A program made the position numbers and the translations under genes. The notes below the pieces were generated by a model. It had not been told where the DNA came from, made no database searches, and saw only the letters and a list, made by a program, of their open reading frames with translations. This document shows, one piece after another, positions 13,021 through 26,769 of a DNA stretch of 64,000 nt. Source of the DNA: Macrostomum hystrix. Its lineage: Eukaryota; Animalia; Platyhelminthes. Numbering within the stretch: the stretch's first letter is position 1; every line of letters begins with the position of its first letter. The DNA lies in NCBI GenBank assembly GCA_950097015.1, contig CATNEN010000039.1, forward strand, positions 11,284,001 through 11,348,000. The letters run 5' to 3'.

Positions 13021-16000
13021 ATGCCATCAAAGGCGAAGGTCGGCTTCGTCAACAGCGAAAGCAGCAAAGGCAAAGCAAAAGAAAATCGTGGACGGACTAA
13101 AGCCGACGCATCTGACAGCGAAGATGAGAGACAGCTGGCTGAGCAGCGAGCGACTGCCGACAAGCAGCTGCAGGACTTGGACGGCTTGGACGGATACGAG
13201 AAGATCGGCCTACCAGGCGGTGAGGGCTGCGTTTTCTATGGACAATTGGTTAAATTTTTGTGGGAGAAAACTTGGGCCTAAATATTTGCATGTCGCCTTG
13301 CAGCCCTGGCCCAACTGCCAGCTCCGAAGACTCGAAAGCAGGAATTCGACGCTAAGGCTGGTGTGAAGACCTTCGAGAAGTGAGCGTGAGATTACTTGGC
13401 GCTGAAGCTCGCAAATTGTCCTGGAGTTTTCTTGATTTTTTCAAGGGTCTCATGAAATTGACGTATGAAACATTGCTGACACTTCGCAGGCTGCCTAAAG
13501 TCAGCGAGGAGATCGCCCGGCAGACTCTGATTGACAATGCGCCAAAGAAGTGCTGCAGCAGCCAGGGCTACATGCGCACAATGCCCATTACCAAGGTTGA
13601 GAACACACTCGCCTGGCATGTAAGGCTATTTTGAGCCCCATAATTTATGATCAAAATAACGCGTGCTGAACTGTAAGTGCTCAAACCTATGCGACCCGTC
13701 TTGCAGTACTCGCTGGAGAGCTTCGTTGAGTCCCGCTTCACCTGCTGGTCATATGAGCCGTACGTTGGCCAGCAGGTCGACGGCAGAGAAAACGGCCGCG
13801 CCCCCGGGCCGTGGGAAATCGAGCTGACGCCGAAACAGATGTTCGTGGATGAGGACAAGGAGATCACGGTACCACATTCAGCATCCGTTAAGGTGCGTTG
13901 AGAAAACTTTTTAGTTCGATATAAGTAACAATGACTGAGGGGAAATAAAAAATATATATAATTGCAGGAGGGCTGCGGGCAATGGCAGATAATTGGGTGA
14001 CAGTGGACCCGCAGCCAGCGATGAGGCAATTGTGCTTATTTCACTGACTTCTGAGAACACACTCACACTGATACTGTACACAGGCACGCACTCATACAGG
14101 TGTGCATCTGCTCTGATTTTCTCATCGTCAGGCTGTGTACGATTCACTGTGCCTTATGGGTTGGCCCACAAGGGCGTAAATTACACGACAAGCCGCCCAA
14201 GCTTTCACTCCGCGGCTGCGCCCAAATGAATGTGGCCTCGCCGCGGAATCGAGCTCAGGGACCTTGGTGCGAGAGGCAAACGCGTTAGACCGCTAGGCTA
14301 TTATTTTAAAACCTGTTGGATGTCGGCTCCTTAATGAATTTGTGAATCAATGCTCATCAACCATACTTTATTGAAAAAGAAATTTAGATTTGGAAAAAAG
14401 CATGCCACATCCCAACCTTTGCATCGAGCAGCCGTGCCACCACTGCAGCCAGAGCGGTCGCGTGCCGTGCCGCAAATGCAAGGGCAAGAAGACAATCAGC
14501 TGCAGCGGCTGCGGCGGCCAGGGCAAGAAGATGCAGACGCAGGGTGCCGTGCCTCGGAAAGTAGTCTGTGGTGACTGCGACGGTCATGGCAAGAAGCGGT
14601 AAGTCCTTGGAGTGTTGCCATCTTCATCAACGATTTAATTTGGCTTTTCTTACCTGTTTAATTGAGCAGCCTTGCTTCTCTGGCTTCTCTGGTAAAATGT
14701 TCCTTTTCATCAAATTAAGCCCTCAGACTTCATAGATGCAATAGCGACACAGTTTAAATTTGCGACACAATGTCTGTCGGTCCACACCAGGGGAGTGTTT
14801 CAAAGGAGTTACTAATGGCAATCTTCAAGCTTGTATACAACAAGATACAAGTGCCAAGTTACAAGACAATGCGTTTCACCAAGCACATTGTAAATTAGTG
14901 TGATTAGCTGTACAAGCCACAACTGTCTATTACACAAGTCATGCTTGTAGCTTGTAACTAGTGCCTATGGAACGCTCCCACGGATGCAACTACTAGTTTG
15001 CACTTTATTATAAAAAAGTAGCAGCTCTGAGTTCTGAAGCAGAGTCCTTCTACTTGCCTTGCAATCATGTGTTACTGGAGTTGCGCATATGAAAAAGGGC
15101 GCCATTACCTTGCCCCGTCCCTGTGTTAGCATTTTCTTAAGCAGCATAAATAATACAGAACATTTCTGGGAGCCACTGAACTGGCATATTCCTCATCTAC
15201 TGTGAACTCGTCTAACTTTGACTCAATTAAATTGCAATTACTTTCTTCCATTCTGGAACACCTCAATGTAATTTAGAGGTTACAAATAATCTCAATCGAA
15301 TCTGATTGTCAAGATGAACCGCACTTGCCCCAATTTGGGGGGCCAACCTAGAAATTGCCACCTTCGTGCTCTCCGCAGCTGTCCAACCTGCCAAGGCAGC
15401 GGTGACGAAGAGTGCGCCACCTGTAAGGGTCAGAAGAAGCTAGTGATGTACGTCAAGGTGAAGTGTGAATGGCGCAGGAAGGACACGGACTTCATCGAGG
15501 AGAAGACTGACATGCCCGATGAGCTGGTTCGCAATGTCACAGGGAAAGTCATATTCGAGGAGGAGGCTGAGAATGTGAGTTTTCGCTTTGAATTTTAGAA
15601 AATTGTGTACGGTATTGTGTGTGCCTGTATGTACGGTATGTGTGTGCCTGTGTACATTATGTACATGCCTGTGTACGGTATGTGTGTGCCTGTGTACGGT
15701 ATGTGTGTGCCTGTGTACGGTATGTGTGTGCCTCTGTGCGGTATGTGTGTGCCTGTGTACGGTATGTGTGTGCCTGTGTGCGGTATGTGTGTGCCTGTGT
15801 ACGGTATGTGTGTGCCTGTGTACGGTATGTGTGTGCCTCTGTGCGGTATGTGTGTGCCTGTGTACGGTATGTGTGTGCCTGTGTTCGGTATGTGTGTGCC
15901 TGTGTACGGTATGTGTGTGCCTGTGTACGGTATGTAAGCCTTCTAATAAGATACCAAAGCAACAAACCGATCTCACCAACAGGTGTCGCCGATCACAAAT

Positions 16001-16225
16001 TTCCCCTATCGCGCCGTCAATGACGCCTCACGTAAGCTGATCGCCGCTCAGGAGAAAAACTTATCTGGTCAACGCATTGTTCGCCAGCGTCACCAGCTGA
16101 GAGGAGTGCCGGTGACTGAGTGCCACTACCAGCATGAGAACAAGCGCGGTGCCTTCTTTGTCTATGGCTTCGAGAACAAGCTCTACGTCGAGGACCTGCC
16201 TAGCGGTGGCTGCACTCTGCTGTGA
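13021..16225 (+). CDS. ssuh2: SSUH2-like protein (DnaJ-type CxxCxGxG zinc-finger repeats), 7 exons: 13021..13219, 13304..13379, 13490..13619, 13707..13892, 14432..14598, 15379..15574, 15983..16225
   Basis: Motifs ARQTL..KKCC, ESFVESRFTCWSYEPYVGQQVDG, PGPWEI..PKQMFVD, VPHSASVK, repeated CxxCxGxG, QRHQLRGVPVTE and FFVYGFENK, ending in CTLL. All GT-AG junctions are phase-consistent. Confidence 0.85.
13960..14293 (-). mobile_element. SINE family A in SSUH2 intron 4
   Basis: Near full-length match to 2039-2360, including GCGGCTGCGCCCAAATGAATGTGGCCTCGCCGCGGAATCGAGCTCAGGGAC. Confidence 0.75.
15605..15934. repeat. 21-bp minisatellite (GTGTACGGTATGTGTGTGCCT), about 15 copies, SSUH2 intron 6
   Basis: Visible tandem periodicity. 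Confidence 0.95.
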
Positions 16226-17284
16226 GTGCGTGCTGCCAGTGTGCTGGCTAACTGCTAAACTGAGATGCAGAAAATGGAATATCTGGGATTTTATTTTTCT
16301 TGCTAATTCTTTAATCAAGTAGTTTTCTGCTCTGCCAAACTATTTATAAATGATTTCAAAGGATCCCAAAGTTTTTTCTTTAAAATGTAAGCCCATGGTT
16401 TCACAAGATTAATAAATGTTTGCCAATCTGAGAACTGTCTTTTTAATGTAAGTGCTTAAGTTTGCTGCATCATACTCGTATGTTTGATCTAATCGATGTT
16501 GATCACAACTAAAAAACTAGATTTTTTGTGACAATGTGCTACTTTTTGGTGCAGTTAGAAGGCCCATGCAAGTTGAGAATTGGCCGTGAGCATGGAACGC
16601 TTGGATACAAGAGTCTTGCATCCTTAAAGATCAACTAAGACACCCGCTGACACTAAGGCACCTATAATTTATCAATTATATGCTAAAGCAGCAGTAATTG
16701 GGCTGCTTAATTCGTTTTTTAGCTAGTCTGCATGAGAGTATAGCTTGCTTTGCTTGCTACTGCAGTCTTTACGTAAGTAGTATATTTGTTCTTTTATCAG
16801 ATAACTTCTATGCATATGCTTCGATAGTGGCATATTTTTGCAGTCTTGATATTGTTGTCAGATAGAATGGAATTTTTCTGCAGATTTTTCAAAGTATTTA
16901 ACAAAGTAAACTTTTCTAATCTTAACTTCTTACTGTTTACCACCCAGCCTTTTAGCATCCTTTGTGAATCCGTTTCAATAACAATGCAATGCGTAGTAAT
17001 CTCATTGCTCCGTACTCGTTTTATAATCGAGAGCAACTATTGGTTCTGAAATCTATTTCACAGGTACGCTCCTATATTTACTAAAATCTGCTAAAAAAGT
17101 CTCGGTTTTATTTTTTAAAGATTTTCTTGTCAAAAAATTATCGACCAATTCGAGTGAGTTAATTACTAGCGTTGCCTATTTTGTTTGTTCATATGTTAAA
17201 GATATACATCGATATAATAGACATAGATATGTTTTTAGTTTTTTTATAGAAACCGCTAAGTGGTAATCTTAATAGGTTAACGCT

Positions 17285-17885
17285 TACATCTAACAGGTCA
17301 CACTTATGTCTAACAAGTAATACTTTGTCTAACAGGTGATACTTATGTCTAACAGGTGACACATATGTCTTACAGCGGACACGTACGTCAAACAGGGGAC
17401 ATGTATGTCTAACAGGCGATACTTATGTCTAACAGGTAGCACTTATATAAAACCGGTGACACTTTAGTCTAACAGGTAGCACTTATATAAAACCGGTGAC
17501 ACTTTAGTCTAACAGGTAGCACTTATATAAAACCGGTGACACTTTAGTCTAACAGGTAGCACTTATATAAAACCGGTGACACTTTAGTCTAACAGGTAGC
17601 ACTTATATAAAACCGGTGACACTTTAGTCTAACAGGTAGCACTTATATAAAACCGGTGACACTTTAGTCTAACAGGTAGCACTTATATAAAACCGGTGAC
17701 ACTTTAGTCTAACAGGTAGCACTTATATAAAACCGGTGACACTTTAGTCTAACAGGTAGCACTAATGTCGAACAGGTAGCACTTACGTCTAGCAGGGGAC
17801 ACGTATGTCTAACAGGTGATACTTAAGTCTAACAGGGGGGAAATTTATGTCTTATAGGAGATACTTATGTCTAACAGGGGACTTA
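17285..17885. repeat. 20-bp satellite with a homogenised 40-bp dimer core (AACAGGTAGCACTTATATAAAACCGGTGACACTTTAGTCT x8, 17431-17750)
   Basis: Perfect 40-mers flanked by divergent 20-mers. Confidence 0.95.
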
Positions 17886-17887
17886 CT

Positions 17888-18453
17888 TAATTGCAGGGGG
17901 GCCTGGGGCACTTGACGCACAAGCGCAGGAACGGCATGCCCCCAGGCCGGCGAACTAGGCGGGAGTCGCCCATCGCGCCATCTAGACCCCTGAACACAGG
18001 TACCTCATACACAGCCGCAAGCCAAGCGGGGAAGGGGGCGGCAGCCGGAGTGCCTCTCACCCCAGGCCCGCACACGCACAGAGCCGACCAAACCAGGGGA
18101 GGACTTAGATGCCTGAAGGGTAGGGATGAGAGGACCAAGCCACGCGCGCAGACGGCTGGTGAAACCTCGCCGCTCAGAGCACGCATGGCTGGTGCACACC
18201 CGCCCCACCCCCATACAACGCCTCACACCCGGCCCAACGCACAAACACAAACACAAACAAGCAGGCATGCAGAAGGCAGGAGCGAAGCTATTATTTCAAG
18301 CTTTAATTGCACGAAATATGGTGCACCTCCGCCGGTCGCTACTGTCCAAACCCCCCCAACAAGTACCGAAATTAATCGTGACTTGAAGGGTGAATCGAAC
18401 TAGCGTCCTTTGGAGTGCGAGGCAGCGACGTTAGCCGCTGACCCCACTCGCCC
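17888..18453 (-). mobile_element. Probable tRNA-headed SINE (family C) inserted into a satellite
   Basis: Minus head GGGCGAGTGGGGTCAGCGGCTAAC...GTTCGATTCA; tail CCCCTGCAATT resembles the family A tail; satellite units (CTAACAGGGGAC) lie on both sides. Confidence 0.55.
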
Positions 18454-19255
18454 CTCTAACAGGGGACACTTGGCAGAGTTTTTTAGTTGCAAGATAATTT
18501 ATTTTCGTATGCTAACAAGGACAAATTTAATCTGCAGTGAACAATTCAACTTCCCTTTTATTACTCGTACTTTGTCTCAGAACCAAACTGAGATCCAGCT
18601 GTATTAAAATGCTAATGGCAGAACAGGGCACATGAGAAGGGCGGTGTAAGCTAGTCATGCAGTGTTCCAGTGTACAGTGCATGAATGTACATTCGCCTAT
18701 TTTTGGTACGTACGGCGCACTAAAGTGTATAAATTCAACATGGAACTAAAAGCATAGGACTATTGCTAAAGACATTGCATAAACTAGCTTTTTAGAATTT
18801 TAAGCAAGCAAGCAAGATTTTCATTTTTAGTATATTAGAAATAAATTGCGGTACTACCTTCCGATTCGAAGGCGGAATAGTCGAGGGTAAGCGTCTCAGC
18901 AATTTAACACCTTTGAATATTGATTATAATAAATACGAGCTAATTTCGCGAAATATGAAGGTACAAACAAAGACGAGTTCTATGATCGGTTTTGAATCGC
19001 GAATGAATGCGATTAGAAAGATAGTGCACGGGTTGTAGTTTTGCTTCTATCATGTACATTGTCTTAACATTAAAGCTGATACAGTAGATTTACCTGACTA
19101 TGTATAATCCACTTTTGGCTACAATTTTGTATTCTAGCTCTATAATATTTGCTCTAGACCCAATAGAGCACAGTTTATTGAGTATCTTATAGATAGCACT
19201 TTAAGGGATGCAGCTCACGATGCCATTTTGCATTTTAGCGCAGCAATCAAGCGGC

Positions 19256-22200
19256 ATGGATGAACTGCATCCAGTGCTGAAGGAGCTGGGAGACATGCTG
19301 ACAGCCCTGAAGTCCCTGCAGTCCAGTGAAGGAATTCCCAGACAGCTTGCCGAGGAAATCGAAAAGCGCGGAAGAGAGTTAAATCTTCCAGACGATCCGC
19401 AGCAGTTGAAGGCCAGACTAAAGAGTGAGCAAAGAAAAATGAAAACAAACCTGAAAAAACTGCAAAAAGCTGCGCAGAGAGGAAATCTCTCTAACGATTC
19501 ATCGTCGGAAGATACGGATGACGACGATGACGACGAAGTAGATTCAGAAACTGGCGCGTTCTTGGGGGCTGCAGCTCTCGGAAACGCGAACTTCTGCAGC
19601 CTGATGCTGCAGCGAGGCTTGAATGTTAACGCGAGAGGTCAAAAGAATGCAACAGCGCTTCACGTTGCAACTCAGGAGAATAAGTCGGACGTTGTGAACC
19701 TCCTTCTATCACGAGGTGCGGATTTGAATGCTGTTGATGTTGATGGTGACACTCCGCTAATGATAGCTGTGATGAAAAAGCATCGATCTCTTACTCGACT
19801 ACTTATTGATCGTGGAACAGATCTTCTATGCAAAAACAAGAAAGGCTTCACTGCTGCAGACTTAGCCTTTATATTTGAGGATCTTGAGACGTTAAATCTA
19901 ATTGAACAAAAGAAAAACTCGTTGCAGTTCGATTGCAAAATCCACGACGAAACGATACTGTCGTTTGCACAAAAGAACTCAGCCCAAATGATTGAATTCT
20001 GGCTTCAAAACTATCCTCAAACTGAAGGGGGCCCGAAACCATGCAACCTTCAATACAAGGATGGCCGCACAATCGCTTTTACCGCGGCACTCAACGGGTC
20101 GGAAGAGCTGCTGGCACTGGTTGATAGCCTCGGAGGTGACCTCGACCTACCGGACAGTACAAACAGCTCCCCGCTATTCTGTGCCGCTCAGAATGGATAC
20201 GAGAACATTGTGAAGATGCTGCTAGACAGAGGATGCGACGTCAACAGGGTTCGGGACACAGGCAGAACCGCCCTGTTCTCCGCCATTGTCAACAGCCATG
20301 AACAAATTGTTAGGATTCTTGTTGATGCTGGAGCGGACATTAACATCAAGGACAGCACTGGGACGTGTCCTCTGGCCTGCGCCATTGTGTGCGGCTCCCA
20401 GGAAATATTCGACTTTCTTCTAGACGAGAAGCACGCCGACTGCGAAGTAATTGACAACAATGGCAACGATTTGGTTCTCATTGCTGCACTTTACAAGCGA
20501 TTTCAGATGCTAAAGCAGCTACATGATCATGGACTGCCGCTCGATTCAGTGAATAAGAAGGACGGCGAGACACCGCTCCTGTCTGCCTGCCAGGTGAACT
20601 GCCCCGAGATGGTTGAATACCTGGCCGAAAAAGGGTGCAACGTGAATATTGTCAATAAGAAAGGAGTCACCCCAGTTCTGAGAGCAAGCTTCAACAATGA
20701 TATGGCAACAGTGAAGCTGCTATCTCGAAGGAAAGCGCAGCTAGACTTTCCGAATAGAAGAAAAGAAACCGCGATTCTAGTTTCCGCTCAGAAAAAGTCC
20801 GTGCCCCTAGTCGAATATCTTTATAAAAAAGGCTGCGATATAAACGTGATCGACAAGAACGGGCACACGCTCGCCTACTATGCTGCGACTAGCAGCGACC
20901 TGGAGATGCTGAATGTTCTTATCAGACATTCGGCACCATTGGACCGCCAGGATAAAAAAGGAAACACGCCGTTAATAATCGCTGCGATGAAGCCAGCAAA
21001 TCTGCCGATCGTGCAGGAGCTCGTCTCGAAAAACTGCAATGTTGAGATGAAAAACAACGCGGGCAACACGGCCTGCAGTATAGCCGCAAAGCAAGGAAGC
21101 ATCGATATTCTGCAGTATCTGGACTCCATCGGAGAAGAGCTCGTAAATATTAGCAAAAAGGGAAAGACCATCATCATGCAGGCGTCGAAACGAAATCAGC
21201 TCGCCGTCCTGCGACGTGTGAAGTCTTCCGAAGTAGCAATGCGTGACGTTGAAGCAACATGCGACTTGGGTAGGACGGCCGTGCACTATGCTGCACTTGG
21301 TGGACACATCGAAGTTCTGGAGTTTCTTCATAATGAAATGAACGTTCAGACAGACTGCAAGGACGCTCAAGGTAACACGCCTTTTATGCTAGCGATCCAA
21401 CGAAAACATAAGGAAGTGGCAGAGAAGCTTAGCGACTTCGGAGCGGATGTCAATATGCGGAACAGAAATGGTGAAAACGCGGTTCACTTAGCAGTGCAAG
21501 CGGACTCATTGGAGCTCGTAAGGTTTCTAGACCAGAAAGGCTGTTACTTGGATCAGGAAGACAAGACTGGTCTAACTCCACTTATGCTGGCTTGCAAAAA
21601 GAAGAAATTATCAATGATAAACTTTTTACTATCCAGGAACTGCTTCCCGAAGTCATTTTCCAAGAATGGTCGTCAGGTGATTCACTTTGCGTGCGAATCA
21701 GGCAAGGCTCATATAGTCAAGCGAATCATTGACCTGGGAGTCCCGGTGCACGCAGCGGATTCTAACGGAGTCACCACTCTAATGCTGGCGGCTCAGTCAG
21801 GCTGCAGCGAGATCATCGAGGTCCTGGTTAAGAAGCGACAGCAATTGGTCGAGATGAAGGATGTTTACGGCAAGTCGGCTCTTGAGTACGCTATCATTTA
21901 TGATCGTGTACAAATTATTGACTTACTAATAAAAGCTGGCTGCGGCTTGGATAATCGGCTTACTGACGGCCGAACTCCACTTTTGCTTGCCATTCAATCA
22001 ACTGCAAAGTGCGCAGATGAGATGGTGCAGATTCTCATGCATCATGGATGCGGCACAGATGCTGTCACAGAAGAAGGATTGAATGCTGCTCATTTCGCGT
22101 GCAAATTCAACAAACTACACGTATTAAAACTGTTGATGGAGAAAGAAATTTCCTTAGATCTACTGACAAAGTCTAGCGACTCCTGTCTGACAATAGCAGT

Positions 22201-25200
22201 TCCAAAGGCTTCAGCTGAGCTGATTGGGCTGCTAATCGATGCTAACTTGGACAAGAATCACTGCAATGTAAACGGTCACTCGGCCGTGTCCCTGGCGTGC
22301 CAGCGAGGCAGCGAGGACGTACTTTCGAAGCTCCTACCATTTGGTGATGCTGAAATTGTTAAGGAATACGCGGATAAGTGCAGTCTGCTGCATTTTGCTT
22401 GCGAAGGTGGTTGCAAGAAAGTTGCAGAAAATATTTTGGAAAGAAATGCTGCATTATTGGAAAGAAGGAATTCTAGCTCTGCGACACCCCTCCATGTGGC
22501 TTGCCGGAGCTCTAAGCTTGAGCTGGTGGACTTCTTGCTGCAGCGAGGAGCAGACTGCAACGCTAAGGACGAAAACGGTGAGACGCCGCTGTTTTACGCG
22601 ATTTCCGTCGGAAATTCTGAAATCGTTAAGCTCATACTGGATAAAAGACCAGATTTGAGACACTTAAACTCTGAAGGAGTTTCTGCTTTGGCTAAGGCCT
22701 ATCACAAGGGAAAAAGTTCAATCATTAAACTGCTCCAGGAAGAAGAAGCGCCACTCTCTCCTGAAAGGCTTCCATCATCATTCGAAATTTTCCGAACGAA
22801 TCTTTTGAACTGTAGATTCATTATTCTAGACGAGCTTTTGAATTCGGGTCTACCGGTGGATCGCCGTGAGAAGGACTGGTATTTGATTCATCTCGGAATC
22901 GAAACCAGCCGCAGCGAGATAATCACAGAGCTTCTGAATCGAGGTGCAAGCGTTAGCGTCAAGGACAGTAAAGGAAACACACCTTTGCTCACTGCTATCA
23001 TTTTTGGCAGAATTGACATCGCAAAGCAAATTTTAGCTGAGCATCCGGAGACAAAGGATGATGTCAACAATGAAGGAGACACTATACTACATGTTGCCGT
23101 TAAGGAGAACAAATTCAGTACCTTGTTTTGGCTCCTTTCCAAATTCGATTTCAAGCCAGACGTCAAAAATAAGTCAGGCCAGACAGCATTGCACCTGGCT
23201 GCACTAAAAGGAAATGTAAAAATGTACGAATTTCTAATCAAGAAAGGTTTCAGCAGCAGTCTCGCCTTGGAGGATGGCAAAAAGAAGTTCAAAATGAGCC
23301 ATTTAGCTGCAATGTCGAACAATATGAGTATGTTCAATGTTTTTCGAAACACTCACAAACTGTTTCTCGAATTTTCGAAGCACACACCGTCAGTATTTGA
23401 AATTCTCGCTGAGAATGGACAGATAAAAATGTTACAGCGGTTGACTGAAGAAACTGGTCAAAATTACGACGATCCAAACTTTTTTCGGACAAGAAACATG
23501 GCCTTCTTCTGCGGCCACGAGTCTCTATGCAGGTGGATGATCAACCGAGGAGTCGACTTAGAGCGGCCAGACAATTACGGCGAGACACCAATTTCTCGAT
23601 CAGTTGAATGCGGAAATTTTCATTTGTGTCGAGAACTCATAGACAAAAGTAGATGCGATCTATCAATGAAAACAAAGCACGGAGTCAGTTTAGTTCAGAA
23701 GGCAATTGTGGCAGATCACGAGCAAATTCTGCGGTATCTCGTTCAACGAAATGCAGCTGTGGAAGAGATGGATTTCGATGGTGACACTCCCCTTTTGGAA
23801 GCCGTGAACTTGGAAAGACCAAGACTTGTGACAGTGTTGCATAGTGAATTCGAATGTAAAATCCAAAGAGTCAATCGACTCAAGCGTAACGCAGCTCATT
23901 TGGCTAGCGTTTCTGGTAACATTGAAATTCTGAAATACTTGAAGCGCTGTCTTCCTGAAGAGTTCTTTTCCGCGAAAGACGTGCACAAAGACACTCCGCT
24001 GATGCTGTCTGTGCTTCACGGAAAGACAGAAGCTGCAAAGTTTTTGCTTGAAAACTTTCCGATAGATGTGAAACACAGCAACGAAACTAAGAGCACCGCT
24101 CTTCACTGGGCCGCGAGCAAAGCGAACATCGACTTGATCAGTTTGCTGCTCGCGAAGAGCGCTGAAGTAGACGCAGTTGACAGAGATGGTGTCACAGCGT
24201 TGATGCTGGCTGTACAGGCAATGTCTGTTGATTGTGTCAGCGTTCTATTGAACAGAGGAGCCTCCTTAACTGCCAGAAATCGGTATGGAGACAGTGCACT
24301 GGCGCTCATGCTAAATTCGGAGGAGAGCGGGATTAAGCGAATTGGAGAAAATTTACAGCCAAGCAACCCGGACGACACGTCGCACAGGTAATAAAAATGC
24401 ATAACACTTTGAGTCATTTTGGTCGAAGCTCCATAAATAAACAACTACGATCTATTTTTCAGAAGGAGATCCCTTGATAAGCTGGGTCATTTGACGGTCG
24501 AGAGTTTGCATTATTACGATCACTTCCCTAACGAGCGACCGACAGAGTCTGATGAGGAAGAAGACGAGCTTGGCGATGTGACAGAGGCGTCTGCAGTGCA
24601 GCAGCCGGAAACGCGCAACGCTACATCAATTGCCAGCCGCCAGTCGAGCGTCTCTCGCACATCCAGGCCGCAGCGAGTTGGCTTCGACGACTCCGCTAGT
24701 AATGCTGGGTACGAAACATATAGTTTAGGCCTTAGGAATAACCTGACAGTAATTCCTTTGCCAATTCATCCATTGCTGATCATCAATTTTTTATTGCAGA
24801 GCGCGCCGTCGTCAGTTTTCACAGTTGGAATTTCCCACTGCAACAGAAGCTGAAACGTCTGAGCCTGTGGTAGCAGCCTTTAGCGTTCATCAATGCTTCT
24901 CAACGGGTCGATTCCAACTAAGAGTGGAAGCTCACTGCGCCGAGCAAAAGTGGCTGCAGGTTCTGCAAGCTGCCATGAGCGAAACCACGATGTTCCCACT
25001 GCAAGGCCAGGCGTATACAGGATCTGGTATTGAAAATCTGTGCACAGTCAATGACTTCAAGTTTAATCTCTCACCACGACCAAGTCTAGAACTGACGCTC
25101 GATCTACCAGGAGAGCGACTGTCCACGTGCCTTGACCGCGTAAGGGATAGAGACCCTAATTTCCATTATCTGGAGAAGGAGTTTGGCCAGCTGGTCGCCA

Positions 25201-25700
25201 AGCAGATTCTGACAGGCCTGGCCTATCTGCACTCGAAGAACCTGACTCATGGCAGACTCAGATTGGCAAGCGTTTGGATCTCTGATGGCAATGTGCTGAA
25301 GCTGAGCGACTACGGTCTGCTGTCGCAGCTCGCAGCGTTCGTTGCACATAGCCAGCAGCGACGATACGATCCGTGGACGGCCCCGGAGTTGCGGCAGGCC
25401 AGCAATGCCTCCGGAAACAGCTTAAATCTTTCTTCACAGGCTGCCGACATGTGGGCCTTCGGTTGCACCCTGCACGAAGCGCTGATAGGCTGTCCACCAG
25501 AGAGTGAAGCCCGCAACCTCAGCGAGGGCTACCTTCTGCGAGTGTTCCCGGCCGCACAGAGGCTGCAAAGTCCAGTCAGTTTGTTCCGGGCGGACAGGAT
25601 TTTTCCACCAGAGTTGGCCGCGCTTTTCAAGAAAGTTTATGTGGAAGATCCAAAGGATCGCCTCACGGCAGGCAGTTTGATGGACGCGCTAACTTTTTAA
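19256..25700 (+). CDS. Giant ankyrin-repeat protein with C-terminal pseudokinase: join(19256..24387,24463..24708,24800..25700), about 2092 aa
   Basis: A 5.1-kb first exon carries roughly 45 GxTPLHxA-type repeats. Two short phase-2 GT-AG introns link it in frame to a kinase fold (GLAYLHSKNLTHGRLRLASV, LKLSDYG, WTAPE, ADMWAFGC, DPKDR). The start codon is a best guess. Confidence 0.85.
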
Positions 25701-26769
25701 ACGGTTGATCTTAACTTTTTTCAATGAATTCCTGAATAAACTAACATGGTTACTCCTCGATTCTTGTTTAGATAGTACGAGCCGTATTTGGCTAAGCTCT
25801 AAAAATTTGCGGAAAAACGCAAGTGAATTTGAAGTCCTAGCTATATATAAGTGGCAAAAAAATCGTAAAATAGTAAATTTGATTGATTAGCCATTTAGCT
25901 CCCCTCCGGGTGGCGTAAACATCCGGGTGTCACCAGGTGCAGCAGGCTAGCAAACACCTCGTCCATCCTATCGCTTCGCCTGGCTTGCGTTTTGTGGTGG
26001 TTGCAAATCGTCGAACGTATTTTAAAGGCTCATTCTCGCTCTAAATGAACAGGCATAAAATGTCAAATCTTGTGTTTTGGCCACGTCGGTGGTCAACGAG
26101 ACTTAAAGCAGCTAATGGTGAGAGCTCTGCCAAAGTACGAGCTAGATTCTGTAGTATTTCTATTATCTAATTCGCTGTCACTAACAAACACTGTTGTTAC
26201 CCTCGCGCTTGTAACCAACAAACCTTGTAACCCACAGAGATTTTAATCTTTTTCTCTCTAGAAACGCACATTTATTCAGTTTCGTAGCCTTTCGAACGCT
26301 ACACTTTTTAGCTTCTTAATCTATCCTATTTGTAGTGAGATTTAATCTGTTTTATTATTTTATTCAAGTGAGCAAAAGTTGCGACCCATTCCTTCGAGAG
26401 CAGGAATGAACTTTTGGAAAGTTTTTAAGAAACTTGGCTCTTTATTTTATTTTTCCAGTAGAACTCGCTTTTTCTTTGAGGAAAAATCAAAACAAAGACT
26501 AGAATCTAAGATATTACGATTGGTTGATTGCTAGTTTAACCCTTTTTGATTAAATATACACCTGAATGCCAACAATCTTTCTATTGTTTGTTCTGGTGAG
26601 AAGTACAAAATTAAGTACAAAGTAAACACTCGCTAGAGGCAGGCATAAATGTTAGGAATAAATGTTTAGCAGAGAAGACGTTGGGCTTGCAAAGACATAG
26701 GGCCTTCGAAAATGCTGCCGAAATAGCCTAAAACGAAGTTGAGTAGTGCCAAATTGGATTAAGATAGCA

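Noticed and set aside
24825-25700. Standalone active Ser/Thr kinase, or an RNase L orthologue
   Set aside because: It splices in frame to the ankyrin exon, lacks catalytic residues, and has no KEN/RNase domain after the kinase.
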